From assembly GCA_031393955.1 (NCBI GenBank), contig JANMWI010000082.1:26064-90063 (forward strand): a stretch of 64,000 nt of DNA, in the 5' to 3' direction. Position 1 is the stretch's first letter, and each line of letters begins with the position of its first letter. The notes under the pieces are model-generated. The model worked only from the letters and a program-made list of their open reading frames with translations, had not been told where the DNA came from and ran no database searches. This stretch comes from Acidobacteriota bacterium (GTDB lineage: Bacteria; Acidobacteriota; Vicinamibacteria; Vicinamibacterales; 2-12-FULL-66-21). This document shows, in pieces, positions 47,591 through 57,300 of this stretch. The translations under genes were made by a program, and so were the position numbers.

Positions 47591-48115
47591 GTGAACGTGC
47601 GATCCTTCAGCCACGCCGGCATTACGGTCTCGAATTTCAACCGCGCGGTGAAATTCTACTGGGAGGTCTTCGGCTGTCCGCTGGTCGGTGTCGCCGACAC
47701 CCCGCCGGAGCGGGTCGGCGCGTTCTTCGGCGTCGACGGTCCCGCGCCGTCGTGCCGGATCGGGTGGGTGCGGGTCCCGGGCGGCGGCGTGCTCGAGATT
47801 TTCGAGTTCGAGCCGCAGCAGCCGGCGGTGCCGGTGCCGTGGAACCGCGTCGGCCTGACGCACATCTCGTTCAACGTCCGGAATCTGGCGCGGTGGCACG
47901 ACGACCTGACCGCCCAGGGGATCGAATGCCTCGGCCGGCCGGAGCGGTCGCCGCGCGGCCACTCGTTCTTCTTCTGCCGGGACTTCGACGGCAACCTGAT
48001 CGAGCTGATGGATCTGGGCTACATGTATCACGTGCTCAACTGGCTCGGACCGCTCGGCGGATGGATCTTCCGGCGCGGGATGTACCGCAAGTACTATCAG
48101 GAGACCGGGCGATGA
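47591..48115 (+). CDS. VOC (glyoxalase/bleomycin-resistance/dioxygenase) family protein
   Basis: ORF 47591..48115. Motifs are FSHAGITVSNFNRAVKFYWEVFG, LTHISFNV and FCRDFDGNLIELM. Confidence 0.8.
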   Translation: MNVRSFSHAGITVSNFNRAVKFYWEVFGCPLVGVADTPPERVGAFFGVDGPAPSCRIGWVRVPGGGVLEIFEFEPQQPAVPVPWNRVGLTHISFNVRNLARWHDDLTAQGIECLGRPERSPRGHSFFFCRDFDGNLIELMDLGYMYHVLNWLGPLGGWIFRRGMYRKYYQETGR

Positions 48116-49518
48116 AGAGACCCGCGATCGCGGTCACGCTGCCGATCCTGGCGCTGATGTGTACGTTGTCGGGCGCGTCGGCGCCGTCGGCGGTCTCGGC
48201 GCGCCAGAGCCGGCCGGCCGGCACCCAGGCCGGGGCCGACGCCGGCAACCACGTCATCATCATCACGCTCGACGGGTTCGGCGGGTGGGGGCTGGACGAC
48301 CCGTATCTGCCGCTGCCGACGCTGCGGGCGCTGGCCGCGCGCGGCGCGATCGCCGGCGGGATGAGGCCGGTCAACCCGACCGTGACCTGGCCCAATCACA
48401 CGTCGATCGTCACGGGGGTAACGCCGGCCAGGCACGGCGTGCTCTTCAATGGCTCGCTGATTCGCGCCGACGGGGTCCCGCCGCGGGTCGAGCCGTGGAG
48501 CGACAAGAAGGAAATGGTCCGCGTCGAGACGCTCTACGACGCGGCGCATGCCCGGGGCCTGACGACCGCGCAGGTCGACTGGGTCGCCATCTACAACGCG
48601 CCGACGATCACCTGGGAGTTCCGCGAACGTCCACCCGACGGCGGCGGCGGCGCGATCGCGGGAGAGATGGTGCGTGCCGGCCTGGTGACGCAGGCCGACG
48701 TCGACAGCTTCGCGAGCCGGAACATCCTGTTCCGCGACGCCGTGTGGACCAAGGCGGCGGTGCACATCATCCGCGAGCATCGGCCCAACCTGCTGCTGCT
48801 GCACCTGCTCGCGCTCGATTCGACGGAGCACCGCTACGGGCCGCGCACCCCCGCGGCGATGAGCACGATGGCGTGGCTCGACGGCCAGGTCGCGGACGTC
48901 GTCAAGGCGGTGGAGGACGCGGCGCTGACCGAGAAGACGACAATCTTCGTGCTGTCGGATCACGGCTTCAAGCCGGTGACGCGGCAGATCCTGCCGAATG
49001 CGGCGCTGCTCCGCGCCGGACTGCTCGACGCGCCGGACGGCAAGGTGACGGCGACCCGCGCCTACGTCGTCCCCGAGGGGGGCAGCGCGCTCGTCTATGT
49101 GACGGCCAAAGACCCGGCTGGCGAGCTGCTGGCGAAGGCGCGAGCGGCGCTCTCCGGACTGGAAGGTATCGACCGCATCGTCGAGCCTGGCGAATACGCC
49201 AGCTACGGCTTGCCGGCACCGGCCGATAACGCGCAGATGGGGGCGTTGTTCCTGACCGCGAAGGACGGCTACGCGTTTGCCGGCGCGACGGGCCCGCAGC
49301 TCGTCGTCGACGCGCCCGAGGGCAGCCGCGGGTCGCACGGCTATGTCGCGACCGATCCCGACCTGCGCTCGCTCTTCATCGCGGCGGGGCGCGGGATCAA
49401 GCCGGGGACGACGATCGAGAGCGTTGACAACATCGACATCGCCCCGACCGCCGCGCGGCTGCTGGGCATCCCGCTGCCGTCCGCCGACGGCCACGTGCTG
49501 ACCCCCATCCTCCGCTAA
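48112..49518 (+). CDS. alkaline-phosphatase-superfamily nucleotide pyrophosphatase/phosphodiesterase (NPP)-like secreted protein
   Basis: This is the 3' part of ORF 47752..49518. ATG 48112 overlaps the VOC stop (ATGA). It has a signal peptide, then VIIITLDGFG, the Thr-nucleophile motif NPTVTWPNHTSIVTG, LSDHGF and GSHGY. Confidence 0.8.
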   Translation: MKRPAIAVTLPILALMCTLSGASAPSAVSARQSRPAGTQAGADAGNHVIIITLDGFGGWGLDDPYLPLPTLRALAARGAIAGGMRPVNPTVTWPNHTSIVTGVTPARHGVLFNGSLIRADGVPPRVEPWSDKKEMVRVETLYDAAHARGLTTAQVDWVAIYNAPTITWEFRERPPDGGGGAIAGEMVRAGLVTQADVDSFASRNILFRDAVWTKAAVHIIREHRPNLLLLHLLALDSTEHRYGPRTPAAMSTMAWLDGQVADVVKAVEDAALTEKTTIFVLSDHGFKPVTRQILPNAALLRAGLLDAPDGKVTATRAYVVPEGGSALVYVTAKDPAGELLAKARAALSGLEGIDRIVEPGEYASYGLPAPADNAQMGALFLTAKDGYAFAGATGPQLVVDAPEGSRGSHGYVATDPDLRSLFIAAGRGIKPGTTIESVDNIDIAPTAARLLGIPLPSADGHVLTPILR

Positions 49519-49583
49519 AGGGGACACTCACCTTTAGGCTAAGTTGTTGACTTCACAGATGATGCCGATGGCCCCCCCCCGAT
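49514..49583. repeat. AT-rich structured intergenic module, copy B (inverted relative to copy A), followed by a C9 tract
   Basis: The sequence is gctaaaggggacactcacctttaggctaagttgttgacttcacagatgatgccgatggccccccccc. The stem CTAAAGG (49515-21) / CCTTTAG (49531-37) overlaps the TAA stop of the preceding gene. By hand alignment, about 28 of 36 positions match the reverse complement of copy A, including an exact 11-mer TAAGTTGTTGA (49540-50). Confidence 0.5.
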
Positions 49584-50677
49584 CAGAAAGAGGCCCGTTG
49601 TTCGGACTGTGCGTGGCGCTGTCGATCGCCGCGGCGGCATGCGGCGGGCGGGAGAAAGACGTGGCGGCGGATCCCCATGCGGCGCACCATGCCGCTGCCC
49701 CGGCAGCCGCGCCGGCTGGATCGCCCGCCGTGCCGGCCATCAATTCAGGCCCCCCGCCGTCGCAGGCCCCCGACGGCATGGCCTGGGTGCCCGGCGGCGA
49801 CTTCTGGATGGGATGCGCGGACTGCGGCATGCCGGACGCACTGCCGGTGCACCTCGTCTCGGTGGCGGGCTTCTGGATGGACCGGACGCCGGTCACCAAT
49901 CGCGACTTCGCGGCCTTCGTCAAGGCAACGCGCTACGTGACGATGGCGGAGCGGCGGCCGGACCCGCGGGACTTTCCCGGCGTGCCGGCCGACAAGCTGG
50001 TGCCCGGGTCGAGCGTCTTCGTCGCGCCGGCCGGGCCGGTGCCGCTCGACGATTACCTGCAGTGGTGGCGCTACGTGCCGGGGGCGGACTGGCGCCATCC
50101 GGACGGACCCGGCAGCACGCTGACGGGACGGGAGCGCCATCCGGTCGTCCACATCGCCTGGGAGGATGCGGCGGCGTATGCGGCATGGGCGGGCAAGCGC
50201 CTGCCGACCGAGGCGGAATTCGAATTCGCCGCGCGCGGCGGCCTCGACCGTAACAAGTACGCCTGGGGCAACGAGCTGCGTCCGAACGGCGCCTCCCCAG
50301 CCAATACCTTCGACGGGCATTTTCCCGACGCCGATCGCCGCGCCGACGGCTTCGCTGGCACGTCGCCGGTCACGGCGTTTCCGCCGAACGGCTACGGTCT
50401 CTACGACATGGGCGGGAATGTCTGGCAGTGGTGCGCCGACTGGTATCGTCCGGACTCCTACGCGTCGCTCGCGTCCGCGCCGGTGAAGAACCCGGCCGGC
50501 CCGGCGTCGAGCTTCGATCCGGAGGAGCCCGTCGCCGCCAAGCGCGTCACCCGCGGCGGGTCCTATCTCTGCAGCGCCGAGTATTGCTCCCGTTACCTCG
50601 TCGGCAGCCGGGGCAAGGCCGAAATCAGCAGCGGGTCATCGAACCTCGGTTTCCGGCTCGTCGCCGACCGCCGCTAG
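49559..50677 (+). CDS. formylglycine-generating-enzyme (SUMF1/FGE) family lipoprotein
   Basis: ORF 49544..50677. It could start at TTG 49544 or ATG 49559. The lipobox is LSIAAAAC. FGE-fold motifs are WVPGGDFWMG, RTPVTNRDFAAFV, PVVHIAWEDAAAYAAWAGKRLPTEAEFEFAARGG, GGNVWQWCADWY, RGGSYLC and GFRLV. Confidence 0.8.
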   Translation: MMPMAPPRSERGPLFGLCVALSIAAAACGGREKDVAADPHAAHHAAAPAAAPAGSPAVPAINSGPPPSQAPDGMAWVPGGDFWMGCADCGMPDALPVHLVSVAGFWMDRTPVTNRDFAAFVKATRYVTMAERRPDPRDFPGVPADKLVPGSSVFVAPAGPVPLDDYLQWWRYVPGADWRHPDGPGSTLTGRERHPVVHIAWEDAAAYAAWAGKRLPTEAEFEFAARGGLDRNKYAWGNELRPNGASPANTFDGHFPDADRRADGFAGTSPVTAFPPNGYGLYDMGGNVWQWCADWYRPDSYASLASAPVKNPAGPASSFDPEEPVAAKRVTRGGSYLCSAEYCSRYLVGSRGKAEISSGSSNLGFRLVADRR

Positions 50678-50703
50678 ACTAGACCGCGAACGCTGCGCGC
50701 CGC

Positions 50704-51249
50704 TCACGCCGGCTCGGCGTTGCGCAGCGCTCCGGCCAGTGCCGAGGCGTCCCGCCAGTCCCCGTCAAATCGCCGGCCGTTCACGAAGAACGTCGGCGTG
50801 CCGTTGACGCCGCTCCTCACCCCGCTCCGGAAATCGTGGTGGACCCGGCTCGCCATCGCGCCGGCCGACAGGTCGTCCTCGACCGCCTGCGCCTCGACGC
50901 CCAGCGCGGCGGCGCGCTCGAGCAGGTACTCGTCCGCGAGTGTGTGCTGGTGCGCGAACATCCAGTCGTGCATCGCCCAGAACCGCTCCTCGCCGCCGTG
51001 GCGGGCGATCGATTCGGCCGCTTCGGCGGCATGCGCGGCATGCGGGTGGGCCTGCCGCAGCGGAAAGTTCCGGAACACATACCGCAGCGAGCCACCAAGC
51101 TCGCGCTGGACCGTCCGGACCACCCCATGGGCCGCGGCGCAGTGCGGGCATTCGTAATCGCCGTATTCGACGAGGGTGATCGGGGCGTCCGCTGGACCCT
51201 GCGCGTGATCGCCGGGTCCCACCGGCGGCTGCAGCGTCCCGGTGCTCAT
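50704..51249 (-). CDS. DsbA-family thioredoxin-fold oxidoreductase
   Basis: ORF 50704..51528, trimmed to ATG 51249, which overlaps the peroxiredoxin stop (ATGA). Motifs are ITLVEYGDYECPHCA (CxxC) and VNGTPTFFVNG. Confidence 0.8.
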   Translation of the reverse strand: MSTGTLQPPVGPGDHAQGPADAPITLVEYGDYECPHCAAAHGVVRTVQRELGGSLRYVFRNFPLRQAHPHAAHAAEAAESIARHGGEERFWAMHDWMFAHQHTLADEYLLERAAALGVEAQAVEDDLSAGAMASRVHHDFRSGVRSGVNGTPTFFVNGRRFDGDWRDASALAGALRNAEPA

Positions 51250-51773
51250 GCCCGTGATCCGCCCGGTGCCGCCGGTGTGCCGAGCTGTTCGGGGGTCAGC
51301 GCGTCGAGCGCCGAAATGATGCCGTCCGCGCCGGGGTTCTCGCCGATCGGCGACAGGTAGCTCCAGCGGACGACGCCGGCGGCGTCGATGACGAACAAGG
51401 CGCGCTCGGTGATGCCGTCGTTCTCGCGGTAGACCCCGTATCGACGCGCGACCTCGCCGCGCGGCTGAAAGTCGGCAAGCAGCGGGAACTGGATGCGGCG
51501 CGCCTCCTGAAAGGCCTGATGGCACCACAGCCCGTCCACCGAGACGCCCAGCAGCTGGACGTTGTACTCCGCGAAGATCGAGCTCATCTCGTTGTAGAGG
51601 GCGATCTGATCACCGCACACCGGACTCCAGTCGGCCGGATAAAAGACCAGCACGACCGGCCGTCCGCGGAAATCGGACAGTGCGATCCGGCGGTCGGGTC
51701 CGTCGGACAGGTCGAACGCCGGGGCGGCGTCGCCCGGCGCCGCCAGCCGCGAGGAAGAGGTCGGGTTGCTCAT
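51246..51773 (-). CDS. peroxiredoxin (AhpC/TSA-redoxin family)
   Basis: ORF 51246..51851, with the start moved to ATG 51773 (AAGGAGA SD). Motifs are APAFDLSDGPDRRIALSDFRGRPVVLVFYPADWSPVCGDQ and RALFVID. Confidence 0.85.
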   Translation of the reverse strand: MSNPTSSSRLAAPGDAAPAFDLSDGPDRRIALSDFRGRPVVLVFYPADWSPVCGDQIALYNEMSSIFAEYNVQLLGVSVDGLWCHQAFQEARRIQFPLLADFQPRGEVARRYGVYRENDGITERALFVIDAAGVVRWSYLSPIGENPGADGIISALDALTPEQLGTPAAPGGSRA

Positions 51774-51829
51774 CTCGATACTGTCTCCTTCGTCCCGCGC
51801 ACACCTGCCGTCCGGCGTCCTGCGGCGGT

Positions 51830-51835
51830 TATAAT
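51830..51835 (+). promoter_or_regulatory. consensus -10 hexamer (TATAAT) 6 nt upstream of a GTG start, suggesting a leaderless mRNA
   Basis: The sequence is ggttATAATcggcgcGTGacc, with TATAAT at 51830-51835 and GTG at 51842. There is no room for a Shine-Dalgarno, and I saw no convincing -35. Confidence 0.35.
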
Positions 51836-51841
51836 CGGCGC

Positions 51842-52141
51842 GTGACCGCACCCACTCTCCACGTCATTGCCCACATCCGCGCCAAGTCTGAACACATCGA
51901 CGCCGTCCGGGATGTGCTGCAGGGCTATGTCGAGCCGACGCGGGCCGAAGCCGGCTGCTTCGTCTACGACCTCTTTCAGGACCACGCGGATCCGACCCAC
52001 TTCACGTTCGTCGAATCCTGGCTGGATCCGGCGTCGCTCGAGGCCCACAGCCGCTCGCCGCACATCACCGCCGGCCGCGAGCGCCTGCGCGGGCTGACGG
52101 CTGCGCCCAACGAAGTCGTCCGCTACAGCCGGCTCGCCTGA
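51842..52141 (+). CDS. antibiotic-biosynthesis-monooxygenase (ABM) domain protein / putative quinol monooxygenase
   Basis: This is the 3' part of ORF 51680..52141, starting at GTG 51842. The translation is VTAPTLHVIAHIRAKSEHIDAVRDVLQGYVEPTRAEAGCFVYDLFQDHADPTHFTFVESWLDPASLEAHSRSPHI. Confidence 0.75.
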   Translation: MTAPTLHVIAHIRAKSEHIDAVRDVLQGYVEPTRAEAGCFVYDLFQDHADPTHFTFVESWLDPASLEAHSRSPHITAGRERLRGLTAAPNEVVRYSRLA

Positions 52142-52144
52142 TCG

Positions 52145-53050
52145 CTACGGCGCGGCTGCCGCCGTCGCCAGTCCGTTCTGCGCCAGAAAGGCAGAGATCG
52201 CGGATCGAAACGTCGCCTCGTCGATCTCGCTTGCATGAACGTGACCGCCGCGGACCTCGACCATGGTCTTCTTCGAGGTTGCCGACTCATAGAGGCGCCG
52301 GCCGTCCTCGAACGGCACCACCGCATCCTCAGGGCTGTGCAGGAAAAGAATCGGCGCTCGAATCCCGGCGATCCTGCCGATTGATTCGAACCGGTTCCGC
52401 ATCACCAGCCGGATCGGAAAGAACGGATACTGGCGTTGCCCGAGAGCGGCAATCGAAGAAGGGGCGCCCTCGAGAATGACGGCCGCGCTCTCGACCTCAT
52501 CTGACAGCCGCACCGCGACAGCTGACCCGAGCGACCAGCCATAGACGACAATCCGCGACGCCGGCACGCCGGTCGATCGCAGATAGCGGTAGGAGGCGAG
52601 CGCGTCGGCGGCCAGTCCTTCCTCGGTCGGCCGGCCGGGGAGGCCCGAGAATCCCCGATACTCCGGCGCCAGAACATTGAGCCCGAGCCGTCTCAGCAGC
52701 GTGTAGTGGGCGATGTTGACGTTCGAGGCGAGGTTCGCGGCGTTGCCGTGGAAAAACAGGACCCACGGCCGATCCGCGGCGGCGTCCGCCGCCATCCGCC
52801 ACGCGAACTGACGGGCGCCGTCAGTCCGCGGCACATCGATCTGCGCGTAGGCAAAGGGCGGCCGCGCCGGCCCGAGCACCGCGCCGGCCTGGAAGACCAG
52901 CCGCGTTTCCTGAGACATCAACCAGAGGACCGCGGCGGCGTAGCCGAGCACTACCATCCCGAGGAGCACGAGCAGCACCCGGATCGGGCGGGGGCGCCAG
53001 CGCCGGGACTTCCGTCGTTCCGGGCCGGTGTATTTAGGAGGGGGCCACAT
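52145..53050 (-). CDS. alpha/beta hydrolase with N-terminal membrane anchor
   Basis: ORF 52145..53050. It has a TM segment (IRVLLVLLGMVVLGYAAAVLWL), LFFHGNA, and the nucleophile elbow VYGWSLGSAV. Confidence 0.8.
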   Translation of the reverse strand: MWPPPKYTGPERRKSRRWRPRPIRVLLVLLGMVVLGYAAAVLWLMSQETRLVFQAGAVLGPARPPFAYAQIDVPRTDGARQFAWRMAADAAADRPWVLFFHGNAANLASNVNIAHYTLLRRLGLNVLAPEYRGFSGLPGRPTEEGLAADALASYRYLRSTGVPASRIVVYGWSLGSAVAVRLSDEVESAAVILEGAPSSIAALGQRQYPFFPIRLVMRNRFESIGRIAGIRAPILFLHSPEDAVVPFEDGRRLYESATSKKTMVEVRGGHVHASEIDEATFRSAISAFLAQNGLATAAAAP

Positions 53051-53230
53051 CGGGTGCAGTATCGCGTGATTATAACTGGGTCATCCGCTTCCTATCTGTG
53101 CCGGCGGGAACGGCGTCCGCCTCGGGCGCGTCCAAGTCGGCAATCTGACGGGTCGATGCCGACCGCGAAGAAGTTTCACAATGCGAGGCTTTCTACGACT
53201 CACTTCTCGCGTTATCCTCACTGAATCTCC

Positions 53231-54364
53231 ATGAAGCGAACTTCCATCCTGATCGCGCTGGCCGCCCTCGCGCTCGGCTGCAGGGACAGCCGCCCCGCCG
53301 CGGCGGCGGCCCCGGCGCCCCCCTCCGCCGCGTACGTCGAGGTCAAGCCCGAACCGGTCGAGGTCACCGGCGAGTGGCTGGCGACCCTCGACGGCAACGT
53401 CAACGCCCAGATTCGGCCGCAGGTCTCGGGCTATCTCGTCCGGCGCAGCTACAAGGAAGGGACGGCGGTCCGGAAGGGACAGGTGCTGTTCGAGATCGAC
53501 CGGCGGCCGTTCGAGAACGCGCTGACCCAGGCCCGCGCCCACCTCGCCGAGGCCCGCGCCCAGCTCGCCAAGGCGGATCGCGACCTCGGCCGCGACCGTC
53601 CGCTGGCCGAGCAGCGCGCGATCGCCCAGAGCCAGCTCGATAACGACGTCAGCGCGCACGATGCCGCCCAGGCGGCGGTCGAATCGGCCCAGTCCGCGGT
53701 CGAGACGGCGCAGCTGAACCTTACCTTCACCCGCGTCACCTCGCTCGTCGACGGCGTCGCGGCGATCGCCACCGCGCAGATCGGCGATCTCGTCGGCCCG
53801 CAGACGCTCCTGACGACGGTGTCGCAGCTCGATCCGATCAAGGCCTATTTCCCGCTGACCGAGCGTGAGTACCTCGCGGTCGCCGACCAGCTCCGCGGGC
53901 CCGGCGGCGCGGCGCGGCTGTGGCAGAACGCCGGCGGCCTCACCCTCGTGCTTGCCGACGGCTCGATCTATCCGAAGCGCGGCGCCATCGAGGCGGTGGA
54001 TCGCGAAGTCGACTCCAGGATGGGCACGATCCGGATCAGCGCGCTTTTCCCCAACCCGGGCAACGTGCTGCGCCCCGGCCAGGGAGCGCGCATCCGCGCG
54101 CAGACCTCGGTCGTCGCCGATGCGCTGCTCGTCCCGCAGCGCGCCCTGTCGGAGCTGCAGACCGGCTTCCAGGCGCGGGTCCTCGCCGACGGCAACCGCG
54201 TCGCCGTCCGGCCGGTGACGGTCGGCAGCCGCGTCGGTCCGCGCTGGGTGGTCACCTCGGGCCTGAAGCCCGGCGAGCGCGTCATCGTCGACGGTCCGAC
54301 GCTGAAGGACGGCACGGTGGTCGCGCCGCACCTCTACGAACCGCCCGCCGGCGGAGCGCAGTAG
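53231..54364 (+). CDS. efflux RND transporter periplasmic adaptor subunit (MFP)
   Basis: ORF 53231..54364. The lipobox is LALGCRD. The body reads QIRPQVSGYLVRRSYKEGTAVRKGQVLFEIDRRPFE, followed by coiled-coil and beta-barrel regions. Confidence 0.9.
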   Translation: MKRTSILIALAALALGCRDSRPAAAAAPAPPSAAYVEVKPEPVEVTGEWLATLDGNVNAQIRPQVSGYLVRRSYKEGTAVRKGQVLFEIDRRPFENALTQARAHLAEARAQLAKADRDLGRDRPLAEQRAIAQSQLDNDVSAHDAAQAAVESAQSAVETAQLNLTFTRVTSLVDGVAAIATAQIGDLVGPQTLLTTVSQLDPIKAYFPLTEREYLAVADQLRGPGGAARLWQNAGGLTLVLADGSIYPKRGAIEAVDREVDSRMGTIRISALFPNPGNVLRPGQGARIRAQTSVVADALLVPQRALSELQTGFQARVLADGNRVAVRPVTVGSRVGPRWVVTSGLKPGERVIVDGPTLKDGTVVAPHLYEPPAGGAQ

Positions 54365-54368
54365 GCCG

Positions 54369-57300
54369 GTGTCCCGCTTCTTCATCCGCCGTCCGATCGT
54401 CGCGATCGTCATTGCCATCGTCACCGTGCTTGGCGGGCTGGTGGCGCTCGCCGGCCTGCCGATCGCGCAGTTCCCGCAGATCGTGCCGCCGCAGATCAGT
54501 GTCATCGGCAACTATCCCGGCGCCGACTCGCTGACCATCGAACAGTCGGTCGCGACCCCGCTCGAGCAGCAGATGAACGGCGTCGACGACATGCTCTACA
54601 TGCAGTCGACCAACGCCAACGACGGCACGGTCAGCCTGACCGTGACGTTCGACGTCGACACCGTCCCGAACCTCGATCAGGTCAACGTCCAGAACCGGAT
54701 GGCGCAGGCCCAGCCCAACCTGCCGCCCGAAGTGAGCCAGTTCGGCCTGACGATGCGCAAGCAGACCGGGCTGCCGATGATGATCATTTCGCTCTATTCG
54801 CCGAAGCGCTCCTACGACGCGCTGTTCCTGGCGAACTACGCGAACATCAACATCCTCGATGCGATCTACCGCGTGCCGGGCGTCGGCGAGGCGCGCATCT
54901 TCGGCGCCGGCGACTACGCGATGCGCATCTGGCTGCAGCCCGATGTGCTGGCGCGGCTGTCGCTGACGGTGCCCGACATCTCGAACGCGATCCGGCAGCA
55001 GAGCGCGGTCAATCCGGCCGGCCAGGTCGGCGCGATGCCGGCGCCGGCGGGGCAGGAGATGACCTACACGGTCCGCGCCCAGGGGCGGCTGCAGACCGAG
55101 GAAGAGTTCGGCGCGATCGCGGTGCGCTCGAATCCGGACGGCTCGGTGATCCGGCTGCGCGACGTGGCGCGGGTTCAGCTCGGCGCGCTCAACTACCAGC
55201 AGATCGGCCGTGTCAACGGCGAGCCGGGCTGCGCGGTCGCGGTCTTCCAGGCGCCGGGGTCGAACGCGCTCGAGGTCGCCGCCGGGGTCGAGAAGGTCAT
55301 GACCGAGCTCGGCGGCCGCTTTCCCGCCGACCTCGCCTACGCATACACCCTCAACACCACCGACGCCGTCTCGGAGGGCATCCGCGAAATCCTGCTGACG
55401 CTCGCCGAGGCGATGGTGCTGGTCGTCTTCGTCGTCTACCTGTTTCTCCAGAACTGGCGCGCGACGCTGATCCCGGCGGTCGCCGTGCCGGTGTCGCTGA
55501 TCGGGACGTTCGCGGTCTTTCCCGCGCTGGGCTTCTCCGTCAACACCCTGTCGCTGTTCGGGCTGGTCCTGGCGATCGGTCTGGTCGTCGACGACGCGAT
55601 CGTCGTCGTCGAAGCGGTCGAGCATCATATCGAGCAGGGGATGGCGCCGCGCGAGGCGACCCTCAGGGCGATGGAGGAGGTGTCGGGTCCGGTCGTCAGC
55701 ATCGCGCTGATCCTGGCAACGGTGTTCCTGCCGGTCGCGTTCATGAGCGGCATTCAGGGACGGCTGAACAAGCAGTTCGCGCTGACGATCGCGATCTCGG
55801 TGCTGATCTCGGCCTTCAATGCGCTGACGCTGTCGCCGGCGCTGGCGGCGATGTGGCTGCGGCCGCGGACGCATACCCGGCTCGGCGGGCGTTTCTTCGA
55901 CGCCTTCAACCGGACGTTCGATCGCGCGTCGCGCGGCTACGTCCGCGTCAGCCACGCGCTGATCCGCCGGGCGGTGATCGGCGTCGCGATCCTGGCCGGC
56001 TTCGCGCTGCTCGCCGGCGGGCTCGGCCGGGCGCTGCCGACCAGCTTCGTGCCCGAGGAGGACTACGGCTATTTCCTGCTCAACCTCCAGCTGCCGCCGG
56101 CGGCCTCGATCCAGCGGACCGACGACGTCGCCCGGAAGGTTGAAGCGATCCTGGCGAAGACCCCGGGCATCCATGCCTACAACGCGATCATCGGGTTCAG
56201 CCTGCTGACCCGCGTCACGGCGCCGAACAACGGCTTCTACTTCGTCGGACTGAATCCGTGGAAGGAGCGCGGCGCCGGCATGGACGCCCGGTCGATCGTC
56301 GACCGGCTCAACGCCAGGTTCCGCGCCGAGATTCCCGAGGCGACGGTGGCGGCCAACATGCCGCCGTCCATTCCCGGGCTCGGCTCGCAGGGCGGCTTTA
56401 CCTTCTGGCTCCAGGATCGCAGCGGCGGCTCGATCGACTTCCTCGAGAGCAACATGCAGAAGTTTCTCGCCGAGGCGCGCACCCGGCCGGAGCTGGTCAA
56501 CGTCGGGTCGCCGTTCAGCGCCGTCATCCCGCAGGTCTTCGTCGACGTCGATCGCGACAAGGCGCTCAAGCAGGGGATCGCGCTTGGCGACGTCTACCAG
56601 ACGATGCAGGCGTTCCTCGGCGGACTCTACGTCAACCAGTTCAACCGCTTCGGCCGGCAGTGGCGGGTGTTCGTCCAGGCGGAAGGGCAGGAGCGGTCGA
56701 CGCCGGAGAGCATCGGCGACTTCTACGTCCGGAACAGCGCCGGCCAGATGGTGCCGCTGTCGTCGCTGGCGTCGCGGCGGGAGACCTTCGGGCCGCAGTA
56801 CACCAACCGCTTCAACGTCTTTCGCGCCGCGCAGATTACCGGCGCGGCGGCCCCGGGCTACAGCTCCGGCCAGGCGCTCGACGTCCTCGAAGACGTGGCG
56901 CGCACGACCCTGCCGGCGACGATGAGCTATGACTGGTCGGATCTCTCCTATCAGGAGCGCAAGGCGTCGGGCCATGCCGGCGCGCTGTTCGGGCTGTCGG
57001 TGGTGTTCGTGTTCCTGATCCTGGCGGCGCTCTACGAGAGCTGGACGCTGCCGTTCTCGGTGCTGCTGTCGGTGCCGGTGGCGGTGGTCGGGGCGTTCGC
57101 GGGGCTGATGCTGCGGCGCTTCGACTTCGACGTCTACGCCCAGATCGGCGTCGTCATGCTGATCGGTCTGGCGGCGAAGAACGCCATCCTGATCGTCGAG
57201 TTCGCCAAGGCGCGGCGGGAGCAGGGGGCGACGCTGGTCGACGCGGCGCTGCAGGGGGCGCGGATCCGGCTGCGGCCGATCCTGATGACGTCGTTTGCCT

